DNA of 64,000 nucleotides from Spirogloea muscicola (Eukaryota): positions 410,530 to 474,529 of the forward strand of contig WELB01000026.1 in NCBI GenBank assembly GCA_009602725.1. Reading direction: 5' to 3'. Below, one piece after another: positions 49,052 through 59,740 of the stretch. Below the pieces are notes generated by a model, which made no database searches, was not told the origin of the DNA, and saw nothing but the letters and a program-made list of their open reading frames with translations. Made by a program: the position numbers and the translations under genes. Position 1 is the stretch's first letter. Every line of letters begins with the position of its first letter.

Positions 49052-51620
49052 CTATTGAGTGCTGCTGTTAGAAGGGGTTGCCTTCCGATCAGCATTGAGC
49101 CCTTGAAGTGCTGCCAGGACACCCAAAACATCCAGCATGGCAGGCCGACGGGACGCGTCCACTAGTATGCAGAACTGGGCGAGCGTGGCCACCTTCCCAG
49201 CTTGCTGTGCATCAAATTCTCCTTTCAGCCGGGGATCCATGAAGTCATGTATACGGGACTTGTCTTTGAGGGCATAAGCAGCCCATTTGACAAGGTTCTC
49301 GCGCAGAGGAGGAAGATCTGGCTCAGAGCACCTTCTGCCACTTAGGAGCTCAAGGATGACTACTCCAAAGCTGTAGACGTCGCTCTTTGCCGTAAGGTGG
49401 CCTGCATCAACACCAGAGAAGTACTTTTTTTGCGTCAACCCCCACGCACTCCATTCATGTGACGCATAGTTCCGGCCTTCTGATCAGGCAACATATTTTG
49501 ATGAAAACCTTCTCTCTCAACTCCTCTTAGAAGGACCTTGACTGTCAAGCTAGTGCAGGATTCGTCTCAGAAGAAGCAAAATGCAACCGCTCACACTCTG
49601 CTATGAAGGCGTCATCAAACTTTACAGAGCTCGTGGCACAGCAACACGTGGCTATGAAGGTGTGGGCTTAGTCAGGCGCTCTACATCAAATACCAGAACC
49701 TCCTGAAATTCCTCACGACGTAGTACCTTGCTTCTTACGATTTCGCTGCAAATGACACACCCTTACCAGTGCGAATGTACTCAGGAGCTACGTAGCCATG
49801 GGTCCCAACTACTCTTGTCGTGACATGTGTTTCCTCGCCAGCTGGGCCATCCTTGGCCAAGCCAAAGTCGGCGAGCCTAGCTGACCAATCCTGAATGCAA
49901 GATGTTTTCCTTTCGTCAGAAGCCAACCAGCTAGAAGCTCCTTGCCTAGTTGACTACCTGTCGCTAGCCAAACTCATCAGCACCTGCCGTGAAGGCGAGA
50001 AAGTCGTTGGCAGCGTGGCATGCTGGTAGCATACTCTTGCCAGACTTGCTCGTCAACATCACACGATGGATACTCATCCCCATCACCTCGTCAATGAGCA
50101 CATTGGAGGACTTGAAGTCCCTGTAGATGACTTGACTGCTGGCTCCCGAGTGCAAGAAGGCCATCCCCGACGCAGCATCCAAAAGGATACGGAGACGCAA
50201 TGACCACGGCAGCACCTCGACTTCCCCTGCAGCCATATGGTGTATCACGTGCATAGTTGTCCTCAATGCTTTACCAGATAACGACAATCTCAGGAACATC
50301 CAAACCAGGATTTGACAGCTTCCAGGTGCTTCAAGCACATGTGCGCATCAATACATGTGGAAGTTGCACGAATCAGCAATACTTACGATTGAAAATTATT
50401 TGCTCCAGACTACCTCGCGGCATGAATTTGTACACCAGGCACCGCTTGCTTTTCTGAGCACAATAACCAATCAGTTGCACAAGGTTGGGATGCCTCAATG
50501 CTCCCAGAAAATTAACTTCTGCCTGCAACAGAGGACACGTGGTCAACAGCAGGAACCAATATGACTAGCTCACACAAGTAAAGCATGCATCTGAAGGAGA
50601 AGACTGGAGGCAACTTCCTTCAAGTCGGGCACAGCAAGCAGCCTCTGGGGCATCCTTTGAAAAGTAGTGGCGCTTGCAAAGCATAATCAAACATTGCATT
50701 GCCCATCGCACGCCTGAGCAAGTAGCAATAACCCCTGAACTGCACCAAACGATGGAGATTGGCCAACAAAGGCAGCATCGTGACCTACACCTGCTTCATT
50801 TTAGGCATCAATCTCACCATGAATTCTTTGTGGCCCTGCTGGGACTCCGCATTCAGGCTCTTGATAGCCACTGCCTCACTGACACCTGGCAAGTCTGAGT
50901 CAACGTGCAAAGCTGCCTTGTATACTGAGCCAAAGCCACCTTCTCCGAGCTTGTATTCATCCGCGAAAAAGTTGGTTGCCATAGCCAGCTCCTGGTAGGT
51001 GTAGACCATCAAGTGACTGGACTCGTGGCTTGGAAGATCAAATGAGCTATTGAAGCCACGCGACTGCGTCGGCGTGAGCGCCTCACCTTGGTAGGAAGAT
51101 GCAACTGAGGTGGATCATGGCAAGTCGGGGGCATTATGACCTATCTAAGTCAGTACGACATAATCTGATCGACAGAAGCTGATGCAGACGCAGGTACCTA
51201 TATCCAAACATGATCGAACCAATATCCTGAGCTGAGCTTGTCCACAGAAACTGCAAGTGTTCCTTAAGCACTTGCACTCTCTGCAGTCAGTATGCACTTA
51301 CTGCATCACCAGCCTTTCAGGCCAACATGCATGATCACTTAACAGCGATAATTCGACAAGTAATATCCACGGAGTAGGCCAGAATCATGCTCGGTTGCCA
51401 TGAAGGGTGTGCTCTATAGATGCCAACTACTGTTCAGAACAACTGAGTGCAGGGGACCCGACATACCTGGCGAGGAACGTGGACTCAGCTGCAAGGTCAA
51501 CTCGGCGGTTTCGACCGCCAGGGAGGGCTTGGGAGCCGCAGTTCTGCTGGTGTCAGACTGACTGGACGGCAGGTCGTGCGGCCAGTCCGACCCCTGGGGG
51601 CCAGACAGGCAGCCGCCCAT
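49052..51620 (-). CDS. Receptor-like cytoplasmic kinase subfamily VII (PBL/BIK1-like), 6 exons
   Basis: MGGCLS acylation motif; [105 protein letters not shown]. Confidence 0.93.
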
Positions 51621-52329
51621 GCAGCGCCGGCGCCGAGGGCGGGCCCGTCCGTCTTGCTCTCCCGCTGTTGCTCAGGTCTTGCCGCGGCGGCAGCGCGTTC
51701 TGCGCCTCCGTCGGCCGAGGTCCGACATCAGAACCTCACGAAGCCGTCCTACTGCATGGAAGCAGAAGCGGCGGAACAGGCGTACGACGCCACAGCCGGA
51801 TAGCAGAGCCAGCGGCCGCACGGCGGAGAGCACGTCCGGGGCGAGAGCTGCCGCGAAAGCCGCCGCGAGGGCCGGCGCGGGCGGCGCGGCGCGCGCAGGC
51901 TCGGCGGCGGCCGGGCGCCATGGCCAGCTTGTTGGGGCTCGCCGGGGTTTCGCCGCCCCGGTGCTTCAGGCGAGCCGCTCCGAAGAAGAAGCTCGCCCGA
52001 TTTAAGAAGGTGGCTGGGAAAGAAGAAGTGGCTTTCCCAATGGGGGGCTAAGGGAAATTTCGTGTAGTTGAAACAAACGAAGGCCAAATGGACAAAGGCA
52101 AGCACATCTTAAGACCTACATAACCTACAGTAGATTGACCCGCTCAGTAACCACGGGTCAAAACATAAAGGTCTCTAAGCGATGCTGAATACTATATGGC
52201 AGATACGAAGCCCTTCTGCCACCAACTAGAGCTCGCTCAGCTTTTCTGGTGCAAAGCATTAGCCTGAGCACGCTGCAAATAGGCCGAAAGAAGTCGTCGC
52301 ACGGCAAGGTGGAGTACAACAATGCGGGT

Positions 52330-53180
52330 GCGGCGAGCGCAGCCCGCCGGACGCGGCGTCACTGGCGGCTCATATGCTCCGATGCGCACGGGCAGGGGAG
52401 CGGACCGGCACACACGACCTGCTCCGGAACGCGATGTTCGGCATATTTGTCGAAGCCGGTTACACTGTGGCGCTGGAGAACTCCAGCATCATGCCTCTGA
52501 CTGCTGGGGCGGACGGCCGCCTCCACACCCGGCGCGCCGATCTCGTCACTAGCGCGCTCGGCGGGGGGCCTCGGCTTATTGCCGACGTCGTCACAACGGA
52601 CTCCTTGGATTCCAGGAGCGCTACACGCTCGGCGGAGGAGGCGGGCTACGCCGTCCGCCAAGCGGCCGACGCAAAGGAGCGCAAGTACTCGGATCGAGTT
52701 TATCCATTGTCCATTCTTTTTTGGGCTGGCTTTGCCAGCTCCTCTTCTCTATGGGCACGCATTCTTATCCCACTCGCCGTCGACGTACACGGCGCCTTTG
52801 GCGCCAAGTGGCTTGACCTACTTCACCGCCTTGCGCGGCGAGCAGCGGCCCGCCGCCACGGGCAGCAGGGCGAGCAGCCTGGCTTCCATGTCGCCGGGTC
52901 CCTCGCCCACGTTTTTCCGGATGCGCCTGGCCGTCTCTTTGCGGCGGTCCCTAGCTTTTGCGGTCCACTTGCGCGCAGGCCGCGCTCTGGCGGCGGCCTC
53001 CGGCTTCCGTCAGGGCGACGTCTTTCCGCCTGCTAGCTACTCAGATTTGCATCTACTGACGAGAGGTTACTGAGAGTTCGCTTACTGCTGTCTCAGTCCT
53101 TAGCTTTCCGCCTCCTTCAGACCTTGTCCATTCTTTTGGGCTGGCCTCTCCCAGCCACCAGTTAATCTGGCCGCGCTTGC
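52330..53180 (+). mobile_element. 5'-truncated CRE-like element (CCHC knuckle + RLE + RGY* + 3' tail), carrying a nested 59-nt tail insertion
   Basis: C..C..HMLRC..ERTGTHDLLRN..RRADLV..IADVVTTD..KERKY..PLAVDVHG..MRLAVSL..SDLHLLTRGY* (53073); the tail ends CTGGCCGCGCTTGC. Confidence 0.85.
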
Positions 53181-54500
53181 TGAGAAGCCAGCCCGAAAAA
53201 AAATGACAAGGTGACAAGGCTGGGAAAGGCCAAGAAGTTTGGTCAAGGTTCCAAAGAGGATAGGGGCTGGAAAAAGCCAGCCCAGAAAAGAATGAACAAA
53301 GGACGAGAAGGGGCCAGGGGAAGTACGAAGAACAACAAGCACAGAAAGGCAAGCGCGGCCAGATTAACTGGTGGCTGGGAGAGGCCAGCCCAAAAGAATG
53401 GACAAGGGCTGAAGGAGTCGGAGTGCTAAGGACTGAGACAGCAGTAAGCGAACTCTCAGTAACCTCTCGTCAGTAGATGCAAATCTGAGTAGCTAGCACA
53501 GGCGGAAAGACGTCGCCCTGACGGAAGCCGGAGAAACGAAGCAGCTACGAAGCTCTCAGTAACCCCTGCTAAGCAGCCTCAGGTCAGAGAGACTGGGTTC
53601 CTGGAAGCGGGTCCCCTGGCCAGAGCCAGAGGCAGCAGTTAGGGCTCTGCCTGCACGCAGGTGCAGCGCGCGGGCCATAGACCACTGCAGCGAGACGGCC
53701 AAGCGCATGCGTTACACCTGCGCTAGCGACCCTGCTGCATGGGAGTCCACCGGCTCCCCAAGGAAGCGGCGGACAATGGCGTGACGTGAGAGCTGGTTGA
53801 GCAGCTCGAGCCACCGAGCGCCCAGCGCCCCGTGCATATCGATAGCGAGCGGGAAGAACCCGTCTTCCCGCGGGTGATCTGCGTATTTTAGCTCCTTGGC
53901 CCGAGCGGCGCAGGCAACCGCATACCCAGCCTTGGTGGCACACTGGGTTGGGTGTGAGCGGTCATAGGAGTCAGTGGTCACCACGTCCAGGAGAAGACGT
54001 GGCCCGCCTGCTGGTGGGGTGGCCACAAGGTCCACGCGACGAGCGTCCAAAGAGCCGAAACGCGCCTAAACTACACAGCTATGCACGAGCTAGCTGTTAT
54101 GATTTGCATCTACTGACTAGAGGTTATTAAGAGTCCCCTTGCCTCTCTCCTTACTGCCGTCTTAGCACTTAGTACCTTGATTTCTGCCCCATCCGGCTCT
54201 TTCAGACTTTGTCCATTCCTTTGGGCTGGCCTCTCACAGCCACCAGTCAATCCGGCCGCGCTTTCTTCTTTAAGCACGAGACTACAGAGCAGAGCTTAGG
54301 AACCCCTGGTTAACAGAGCATGTCGGAGTAACTTGCAGCGGAAAAGAGGCACTCCGACGAGACCCAGAAGCAACAGCCAGTGCGCGGCCCGCCCGCAAGT
54401 GCACGTCGTGCCCCGAGCACCAGGCAGGTGCTCGGGGCCTGCAGCAGGGCCCTCCCCCATGCACCCTCCGCCATGCAGAAAATGGAGTGTGTATTGAGGG
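53180..54500. mobile_element. Nested CRE-like fragments, including an RLE fragment 53535-54050 (-) and an inverted copy 53350-53532
   Basis: RRVDLVATPPAGGPRLLLDVVTTD..KELKYADHP..FFPLAIDMHG; RGY stops at 53456 (-), 53556 (-) and 54130 (+). Confidence 0.8.
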
Positions 54501-54539
54501 ATGGAGGGCCTGAGTGGCCAAGTACAAAGATCTAGAAAT

Positions 54540-56155
54540 AGATCAGAAGTGAGCCCTTCAGAGAGTCCGCTGGCTCGCCTGTCCCGAGCTGCTTACCTGG
54601 GGTGCTGGGCCCAAGTGGCCTCCACCACCTCCAGTCGCTTCAGCCTGAGGGGCAGGCTGTTTTTAGCACCCGCCATACCAGGAGTTGCTACAGGGAACCT
54701 GCCTTTTCAGCTTTCTCTAGACACCGCACTATGTGACCTCTTGCGCTGCTTACCTTCACTTGCAAAGGGTCATGCAGATTTTGCGGCATGGCACGCTGTT
54801 CCAACAGGAAAGCACAGGCCTATTACACACATCCGGCGGACGAGCAGGCCGTCTCTGAGCTGAAGGGACTGCTCAAGGACGATGGACGTGGTCTCACCCG
54901 GATCCTGTCCAACAGCTCCCGGGCGCGTCCGAGTGGTTGAACGCTCTGCTGATATACGAGCCCTTCTTCTCTCGGATAACCTGTTTCGTACAGCGTTGCA
55001 TTAACACCTCGGCCTCCCCCCCTTTTGCTTGGCTTGCATCCGCCAGTGCGAGTGTGGTCATAATGCCGATGATAAGCTCGCTCTAGCTGCGCACATGCTG
55101 AGGTGTGTTGAGAGGGGTGAGCGCATTGCCTCCCACGACCTACTCAGAGATGATATGGTTGGAAATGTGCGCGAGGTGGGTTATCATCCAGCGATAGAGG
55201 TGTCCGGCATCATGCCGATCTCCACAAGGCGAGGCGTCTGCGGCGTCTGGACGTGGTCGCCACCCCCCGGGAGCGGCGGGCCTCAACTGCTCCTGGACGT
55301 TGTCTTAATTGACGCATACAAAGCTGGAACCGCCACCTTGAATGTGCCTGGCTGGGCAACGTCCAGCGAGGAGAGCAAAAAGGAGAGGCATTACAAGGTT
55401 CACCCCCGTGGAGACCACTTCTATCCGTGCGCTATGGTTATCTATAGTGGCTACGGTATGAAATGGTCCTTTCTCATCCAACATCTGGCCCGACTGATTG
55501 ACGCGCGTCGTCGCAGTTGGGGGGGCAGCTTGAGGCACACTAACATTCCGCAGGCATTCGTTGCATTTTACAGAATGTGGCTCTCGCTTACTTTGCAGCG
55601 CTCACAAGCTCTGGCTATTCATCAGCGTGCTGGGCGCGCTCTAAGTCAGGCCACCGGCTTCCGTGGCGGCGCTCCGGCTCCCCAAATTAGCTTGTCGGTT
55701 CTGTATGTTCTCACCCGCGGTTATTAAAGTCACACTGTGACCTCAGCCACCTTAGCATAGAGCTTCGCTCTCTGTAGCCCCCACTTTTTGCACTAGGCTT
55801 TGCCTGAACAATGTATTGGTGAATTGACCTCTTGTCATTTCATGCGCAGTGCGCGCCTTTTCTGTCTCGAGACCTTCCTTGACCGTCCGTCTGGGTCAGC
55901 AAATCTACGGCCACTGGACTCGATTAGCTTGTCGGTTCTGTATGTTCTCACCCGTGGTTATTAAAGTCACACTGTGACCTTAGCCACCTTAGCATAGAGC
56001 TTCGATCTCTGTAGCCCCCACTTTTTGCACTAGGCTTTGCCTGAACAATGTATTGGTGAATTGACCTCTTGTCATTCCATGCGCAGTGCGCGCCTTTTCT
56101 GTCTCGAGACCTTCCTTGACCGTCCGTCTGGGTCAGCAAATCTACGGCCACTGGA
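54540..56155 (+). mobile_element. Longer CRE-like fragment (post-RT region, CCHC, RLE) with tandemly duplicated 237-bp 3' end
   Basis: LSRAAYLGCWAQVA; CECGH..HMLRC..RIASHDLLRD..LLDVV..KKERHY..LSLTLQRSQA..LTRGY* (55727). 55686-55922 is repeated at 55923-56155. Confidence 0.8.
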
Positions 56156-56239
56156 GTCCACTGGAGCGTGGACTCTCACATGACGGCAAGCTTGTCGTCA
56201 ACCTGGTGCCTTACATCAACTTCACCGACTTCACCCTCA

Positions 56240-56560
56240 GGGAATTTGCGTGTATTTGAAACAAACAAAGGCCAAATGGCCAAGTACAAGGGGAAACACA
56301 TCTGAAAACGTCCGTCACCTACAGCAGATTGACCCGCTCAGTAACCACGGTTCAATATATAAAGGTCGCTAGTGGATGCCTGAATACTAGATGGCAGATC
56401 GGAAGCCCTTCTGCCACCAACTAGAGCTCGCCCAGCTTTATGGTGCAAAGCATTTGCCTGAGCACGGTGCAAACAGGCGGAAACTTGTTGTCCCAAGAAC
56501 GACAGATATGCAGCTGGCAAGCCCATCTCAGCCGGAAACACATCTGCACGGCGTGCATAA
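56240..56560 (-). mobile_element. CRE-like 3' fragment of a subfamily with a distinct tail (related copies at ~14750, ~52050, ~57790)
   Basis: QVSACLHRAQANALHHKAGRALVGG..SDLYILNRGY* (56338) followed by GCGGGTCAATCTGCTGTAGG..TTTCAAATACACG. Confidence 0.75.
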
Positions 56561-56737
56561 CCTGGATTGGCAATATTCTGAAGGAGAGTGTGGAAACGAT
56601 GACCTAAACAGCAAATGATGTCGACTGCAGCTGGCAGGAGCTGATCGCATTGGGGGTCAGCTCAAGGTCATTGGGGGTCAGCTCAGTGGAGCTGCCGCGG
56701 GTCGGCAGACCATCGATGCTGCGCTTGCAGATGCTAT

Positions 56738-57517
56738 TGTAACGGATCGAGCTGACCGATGATTAGTAGCTAGCGGTTAGCGGATGATATGATAGTGAGT
56801 TATATTGCCGGAAATTGGTCGACACCGGCATCCTGTGACACCTCTTGCCCGTTACACTGGTGGAGAACCGGGGTAAGATCTAAGAGTGCAGGTCGCGGGA
56901 TCGGTTCCTCTAGGTGAGCTAGATGGGAGAAAACCGGAGGGGCAGGGTGGGGCTCGGCCGGGCGAAGCGGCCCCAACAACGCCGGTGACGGTGACGGAAC
57001 CCCGTCCTGATGGGGCGAGCGGCCCCGAGGAGCTGAGGTACTGGAGAGGCGATGTCCACTAGACGGAGGATTTGAGGATCCTGCAGGGGAAAGACCCAAC
57101 TAGACTGAGGAGTTGAGGATCCTGGTGGGGGGAAACACCCCTGGAGACGGCGTTTGAGGATCCTGCAGGTGGATTGACCCCTGGAGACGGCAGAGACTCG
57201 ACGGAGTGCTGTGACCCCGGGCGACGGGGGGCGAGGCGCTGGGGCTCCTGAGGGGCGAAATTCTCCTGGAGGTCGGAGACGCGAGACGCGACGGAGGCGC
57301 GAGGCGCGAGACGCGACGGAGGCGCGAGACGCGAAGACGCGTCTCCGGAGGACGACTACCGGCTATGGGGGGAGTAGTGTAACGGATCGGGCTATCCGTG
57401 GTCAACTGCCAGCCGTTAGCGGATGATGTAATAGACAATGACCACAAAAACCGGGAACTGGATGGGTGTGGCACTCTGCGGGGTACCCTGTCCGCCGTGG
57501 TCCTCTGACCCGTTCCA
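56738..57517 (+). mobile_element. TRIM-like miniature non-autonomous LTR retrotransposon
   Basis: 5' LTR 56738-56856 (TGTAACGG...CCGTTACA); PBS TGGTGGAGAACCGGGGTA 56858-56875; non-coding purine-rich interior; PPT GGGGGGAGTAG 57367-57377; related 3' LTR 57378-57517 (TGTAACGGATCG...CCGTTCCA). Confidence 0.75.
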
Positions 57518-58054
57518 CTGTTCATAGCAACCTTGACGATTACTGTCATTCTTTGCTCCAATGTCTGCCCAGTCGGTACACGCTCCTCCCTTGCATGAGC
57601 AACTTGCATGAGCCGCGGTGGTTTGGGCTGTCGCCCGCTTGCTCAGCGCCTGCCGGGCGGCGTACCTGCGCAGCTGGGCACAGGTTGCGGCTCCGTGTCC
57701 CAGCGGTTCATCTGTGGCACGGTGGTCGCATGCTGGAGCAGGCGGCTGCTGACGTGGAGGCCGGCTCTCTGCCCTTCCAACTTCCGTGGTTACTGAGCAG
57801 GTCAATCTGTTGTGGGTGATGCAAGTCATTAGATGTGCTTGCCTTTGTACTTGTCTATTCTGGCATTCGTCAGTTTCAAATGCACGGAAATACTTGCAGG
57901 CGGCTCTTTGCTCGGCCTGCGATGTGCTGCTTGCGGACCACCCCGCGGCCCTGGTGCAGCGGGCAGTCCCGCTCGCGCACCTCCCGCATACGGCCGACCT
58001 CCGGGCCCAAGCTCGCTTCATGGCGGAGGTGGATAGGCCTCCTTCAACGCGTTC

Positions 58055-59740
58055 CCTCCTACGTGACGCCATGTATGGCATCGTCAAGGAGGCGGGATAT
58101 CAAGTGGCGTTGGAGAGCACCGTGGTGATGCCCGTCCACCTCCGCAACGGGGTCCCTCGGACGCGGCGTGTCGATCTGGTCGGCGTCCCCCTGGGAGGTG
58201 GCAAGCGGCTTCTCATGGACGTCGTCCTAACCGACAGCTTCCGGACGAAGGGCCCCGTAACTTCTGAGACCGGCTATGCCGTGAAGGTGGCCGAACAGAA
58301 GAAGTTGCACAAGTACAAGGACCACCCGGCGGGTGATACTTTTACCCCCTGGCCATGGACATCCATAGGTGTTACGTGGGTCGGTGGTCCTCGTTACTTT
58401 CGCTGCTGACATCTCAAGCTGACCAGCGGCGCCGGGAACAGGGTGCAGCCCTTCCCGGTGGCTCGGTGCCTTTGGGTCTTGTGTCCTGCTACCGTATGCG
58501 TTTGTCTATGTCGCTACAGCGTTCCCAAGAGCTTGCTTTGCATCGCCGCGCTGGTCGTGCCCTTGCAGCAGCCTCTGGCTTGCGCAGCGGGGTTGCTCTT
58601 CCTCCCCTCAGCTCATCTGACTTCCTACTGCTGACACGGGGTTACTAAGAGCGCCCTGGCTGTCTAGCCTGTGGCTCCGTCATGAACACCTGTATGCATC
58701 TGGCTGGCTTTCACAGCCGCTCTTTTAATATCAGCAGCCGCTTTCTTTCAACGCGGCTGTGGAGCTCCTGCCTACAGCCAATCTCCGCGGACGCGCGCGG
58801 CTGTTGTCTGCATCTTTCCCAGAGGCTGCAGCATGGTTGATGGTCCTGCCCACCTACGCGGCGCTCAGGATGCCGGATGGGTCTTTCCAACGGCTGTCCA
58901 CCTCCTCCTCGGCCTCCATCCACCCTGCCTCAGTGGTGTGGTGCAGTGCGAGTGTGGCAGCGTTGGCGGCACACATGCCCTGATGCGCACGGGGAGGGGA
59001 GCGGCCCAGCACGCACGACCTCCTCCGGAACGTCCATGTATGGCATGTTCCTGGAGGCAGGCTACGCTGTTGACATGGCGAGAGACTCCAGCATCATGCC
59101 CCTGAAAGCTGGGGCGGATGGCCGTCTCCACGCGCGTCGTGCCGATCTCGTCGCCAGCGAGCTGGGCGGGGGCCCCCGAATCTTTGCAGATGTTGTCACC
59201 ACCGACTGCTCTGTCACAAGGACTTCCAAACAACCGGCGGAGGAGGCAGTCCGCCGGCAGGCGCCAAGGAGAGGAAGTCCGCAGACCACACTGCTGGCGA
59301 CGACTTTGTCGCGCTTGCAGTCGACGTCCACGGGGCATTTGAGACTCGCTGGCTCGACCTACTCCAGCGGCTTGCGCGGCGTGATGTGACCCGCCGCCAA
59401 GGTAGCAGAGCGAGCTGCCCGGCTTCAATGCCGTCGAATCGCTTGCTCAAGTGTAGAGGATACGACTCGCCACATCCCTGCAGCGGCCCTTGGCATGTGC
59501 CGTGCACTTGAGGGCAGGCCGCGCCTTGGCTGCTGCTTCCAGGTTCCGACAGGGCGACGTTTTACCGCCCTTTGGTGATTCTGATCTGCACTTGCTGACC
59601 AGAGGCAATTGAGCGCCCACTCGCAGGGGTCATGGAGAATGCTTTTGTGCTTTTTGCGCCTCCTGGCCCTTTCAGACCTTGTACATTCTTTTGGGCTGGC
59701 CTCTCACAGCCATTGCCTTCATTGGACGAGCTGTTCCTTG
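58055..59740 (+). mobile_element. Two tandem degenerate CRE-like elements (58055-~58700 and ~58710-59740)
   Basis: First: LLRDAMYGIVKEAGY..RRVDLV..LMDVV..KKLHKYKDHP..LLTRGY* (58648). Second: ARLLSASFPEAAAWLMVLP..LRMPD..LLLGL..CECG..RRADLV..FADVVTTD, with frameshifts and a hairpin tail at ~59690. Confidence 0.82.

Noticed and set aside
53100..53180. HDV-like or hammerhead ribozyme in the element tails
   Set aside because: Catalytic core consensus not recognisable by eye; only stem-loops are supported.
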